Shown here in pieces: positions 62,134-64,000 of a stretch of 64,000 nucleotides of DNA (within the stretch, counting starts at the first letter, position 1; each line of letters begins with the position of its first letter). The position numbers and the translations under genes were made by a program. The notes beneath the pieces are model-generated. The model worked only from the letters and a program-made list of their open reading frames with translations, did not search any database and was not told where the DNA came from. Where the stretch lies: the IMG/VR virus record IMGVR_UViG_3300042997_002652, positions 128,001 through 192,000 of that record. One strand, 5' to 3'. Origin of the DNA: a virus. Lineage: Duplodnaviria; Caudoviricetes.

Positions 62134-63087
62134 TTATGATCCTGTTACTGATCCTGCTAACGTAATGGTTCCCCAAGTATTAGCGATATTAGTTACTTCA
62201 GGTGGGGTAACAGTTAGTGTAGTAGTAGAACCTGTACCTACTACTAAACCATCAGGAACTTCGTCCCAAACAGTGCTAATTGTAATGACAGAGCCGGCAT
62301 CACCGTTTGATCCCTGTGTTCCGTTTGATTGTACGATAAAGCGAATAAAAGAACTTAAATAACCTGAAGGACCGGTAGATGCGGTTTGAGTAAAGACGTT
62401 AGCGTTTGAAGTAGTTAACGCATAGTACCCGTTATTCGGTGAAATAGTAGGTGAGCTTCCACCTCCGCCGACTTTTTGGATGCCATTAAAATTTGTTCCT
62501 GCAATGTTTGCAGTACCCGAACTAGGAGCACTTAACACTACAGTACCTACGTTAGAAGCCAAGTTATTGAACAATAAGTTAATACCTGCTGTGTTATCAG
62601 CATGTGATACAGTCATTTTTAACTGACCACCCGAGTTAAAAAAGAATCTAGCAGCGTCCCCATTTGCAAACGTAGCAGTGTGAGTAAATGTTAATGCAGT
62701 AGACCAAGTAGTACCTCTTGTCACAGCATTTGAAGTAGTACCTGACTGAGTAGCAGCGTTTAATCTGTTTGTATAGATTGTTTGTAAGTTAGTAGGAACA
62801 GCAGATAAGAAAGTTACAGTTGCTCCGGCTGTAGGAGCAGTAACACTGGTTATAGAAGACCCCTGGTGTGTTGCTACGTTAGCAGTGTTTGTTACAAGTG
62901 AATTCCAACTACTTGCGGCTACAGTATTACCAGCAGTAACGTTAGCTACAGCAGTTTGTCCATAACCTGCAGTTCCGCTACCAGTAGCCCAAGTTGCATT
63001 TAGCGTATTAGCAGTTGCAGTTGGATTACCACCTACTAATGCGTTAAAGTCTGTTGCTTCTATTAATCCAAATTGTGCGTAACTCAT
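62134..63087 (-). CDS. tail/baseplate-associated structural protein
   Basis: 317 aa, G/T/N/S-rich beta composition. Confidence 0.65.
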   Translation of the reverse strand: MSYAQFGLIEATDFNALVGGNPTATANTLNATWATGSGTAGYGQTAVANVTAGNTVAASSWNSLVTNTANVATHQGSSITSVTAPTAGATVTFLSAVPTNLQTIYTNRLNAATQSGTTSNAVTRGTTWSTALTFTHTATFANGDAARFFFNSGGQLKMTVSHADNTAGINLLFNNLASNVGTVVLSAPSSGTANIAGTNFNGIQKVGGGGSSPTISPNNGYYALTTSNANVFTQTASTGPSGYLSSFIRFIVQSNGTQGSNGDAGSVITISTVWDEVPDGLVVGTGSTTTLTVTPPEVTNIANTWGTITLAGSVTGS

Positions 63088-63100
63088 TTGTTATTCCCTA

Positions 63101-64000
63101 TTATCGTATCATTACGATAGCTTCTACCGTACCTAAATCATCCGTATTCTTATCTGCTAATGCTCTACCTATCGTATTAAACGCAGTAGCTTCACCAGGT
63201 AATGCAGCCCTAGCAATACCATTGCCGGCACTTACTAAACGCTGTCCTTTCTTGATTATCCCTGTAACTTTAACGTCTACTCTACCAGACACTGCGATAG
63301 GAGGATGAGAGTTATCATTTCCTGCACCTGCATTCATAAGATAAGCCGCAGTATTAGATACTACTCCAAATACATCTTCAGAAAGTTCATATTTAACCGC
63401 AGTAATTTCTTGTGTTCCGCCGATTTCTACTACTGTACCTGCATCATAAATATCATCCGCAGAAAAACGTTCTGCTAAGTCAGCATATGTAGCATTTAGT
63501 CTAGAACCAGCAGATAAAGTCCAGTTACCTGTTACTGTTCCGGGAGTTGTATTTGCTCCTGTTGTTAGAACAGTTGCAGTAGTTTGTACAGTTAATATAT
63601 TTCCGCCATATGTAGGTAAATAAGCTGCTACGTTAGCGTTAGCGTAAGAACCTGCAAACGAAATAATGTCACCGTTAGCATACATATACTTGTCGGTTTT
63701 TATGCCAAAGATATTAGAACCTGACGAGTTGCTTATAAACAAGTTTCCGTTTAATACAAGAGCATTACCGCTGGCTGAACCATTAACTGTCCAAGTACCG
63801 GTTAGTGTACCCGGAGTAGAGGTTGCTCCTGTTGTTATTACAGTAGTTTGAAGTGTGCCAATATTAGCAGTAGTTATATTTGCATCTGCTATATTTGCGT
63901 TTGCTGAAATAGTTAAATATCCAGCAGAAAAAGCATTAGCAGAAATTGTATTAACTGCTGTAATATTATTTGCTGTTACGTTACCGGTAACTGTAACTGC
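63101..64000 (-). CDS. tail fibre with C-terminal peptidase-G2/IMC-like chaperone domain; 5' end off the window
   Basis: Frame open to base 64000; YADLAERF...GTVV...GVVS...G+V.VKV.G.I.KG. Confidence 0.75.
   Translation of the reverse strand, partial: AVTVTGNVTANNITAVNTISANAFSAGYLTISANANIADANITTANIGTLQTTVITTGATSTPGTLTGTWTVNGSASGNALVLNGNLFISNSSGSNIFGIKTDKYMYANGDIISFAGSYANANVAAYLPTYGGNILTVQTTATVLTTGANTTPGTVTGNWTLSAGSRLNATYADLAERFSADDIYDAGTVVEIGGTQEITAVKYELSEDVFGVVSNTAAYLMNAGAGNDNSHPPIAVSGRVDVKVTGIIKKGQRLVSAGNGIARAALPGEATAFNTIGRALADKNTDDLGTVEAIVMIR

Noticed and set aside
1-64000. Stop-codon reassignment
   Set aside because: Conserved genes (thyA, uvsX, terL, carbamoyltransferase) are full length under code 11, and TAA, TAG and TGA all end genes.
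1-64000. Intragenic TAAATA hexamers as late promoters
   Set aside because: Frequent by chance in AT-rich DNA; only those within about 50 nt upstream of gene starts, or at the head of a leader, were kept.

Overview
The whole 64 kb window reads as a fragment of an AT-rich, T4-related large (probably jumbo) dsDNA phage genome, not a bacterial chromosome. Evidence: UvsX, UvsY, gp32-like SSB, a gp17-like large terminase, thyA/folA, spanins, baseplate/tail proteins, and TAAATA late-promoter-like boxes in short intergenic gaps. Layout: (1-5.8 kb, minus) early region of small ORFs with RNA ligase, P-loop kinase, HD hydrolase and metallophosphoesterase, behind a family of near-identical sigma70-type promoters (16-bp spacer), five of which have upstream IHF-consensus sites. 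(5.9-15.5 kb, plus) island of exported/membrane proteins, a DUF1552-like protein, a complete TonB-dependent receptor, a GT2 and an LpxH-like phosphoesterase. (15.5-41 kb, minus) recombination, packaging, lysis and nucleotide genes, a MoxR/vWA pair, an APS-kinase-like gene and a Pol-beta-type nucleotidyltransferase. (41.0-41.5 kb) a circularly permuted two-piece tmRNA gene (tag ANDEFALEDIRLAA) directly behind an unannotated Bfd-like ORF. (42-61.8 kb) a 1457-aa protein with ten 67-aa repeats and a ~15 kb sugar/glycan-modification cassette, followed by tail genes. All family assignments come from motif recognition by eye; no database searches were run, so novelty claims are unverified.
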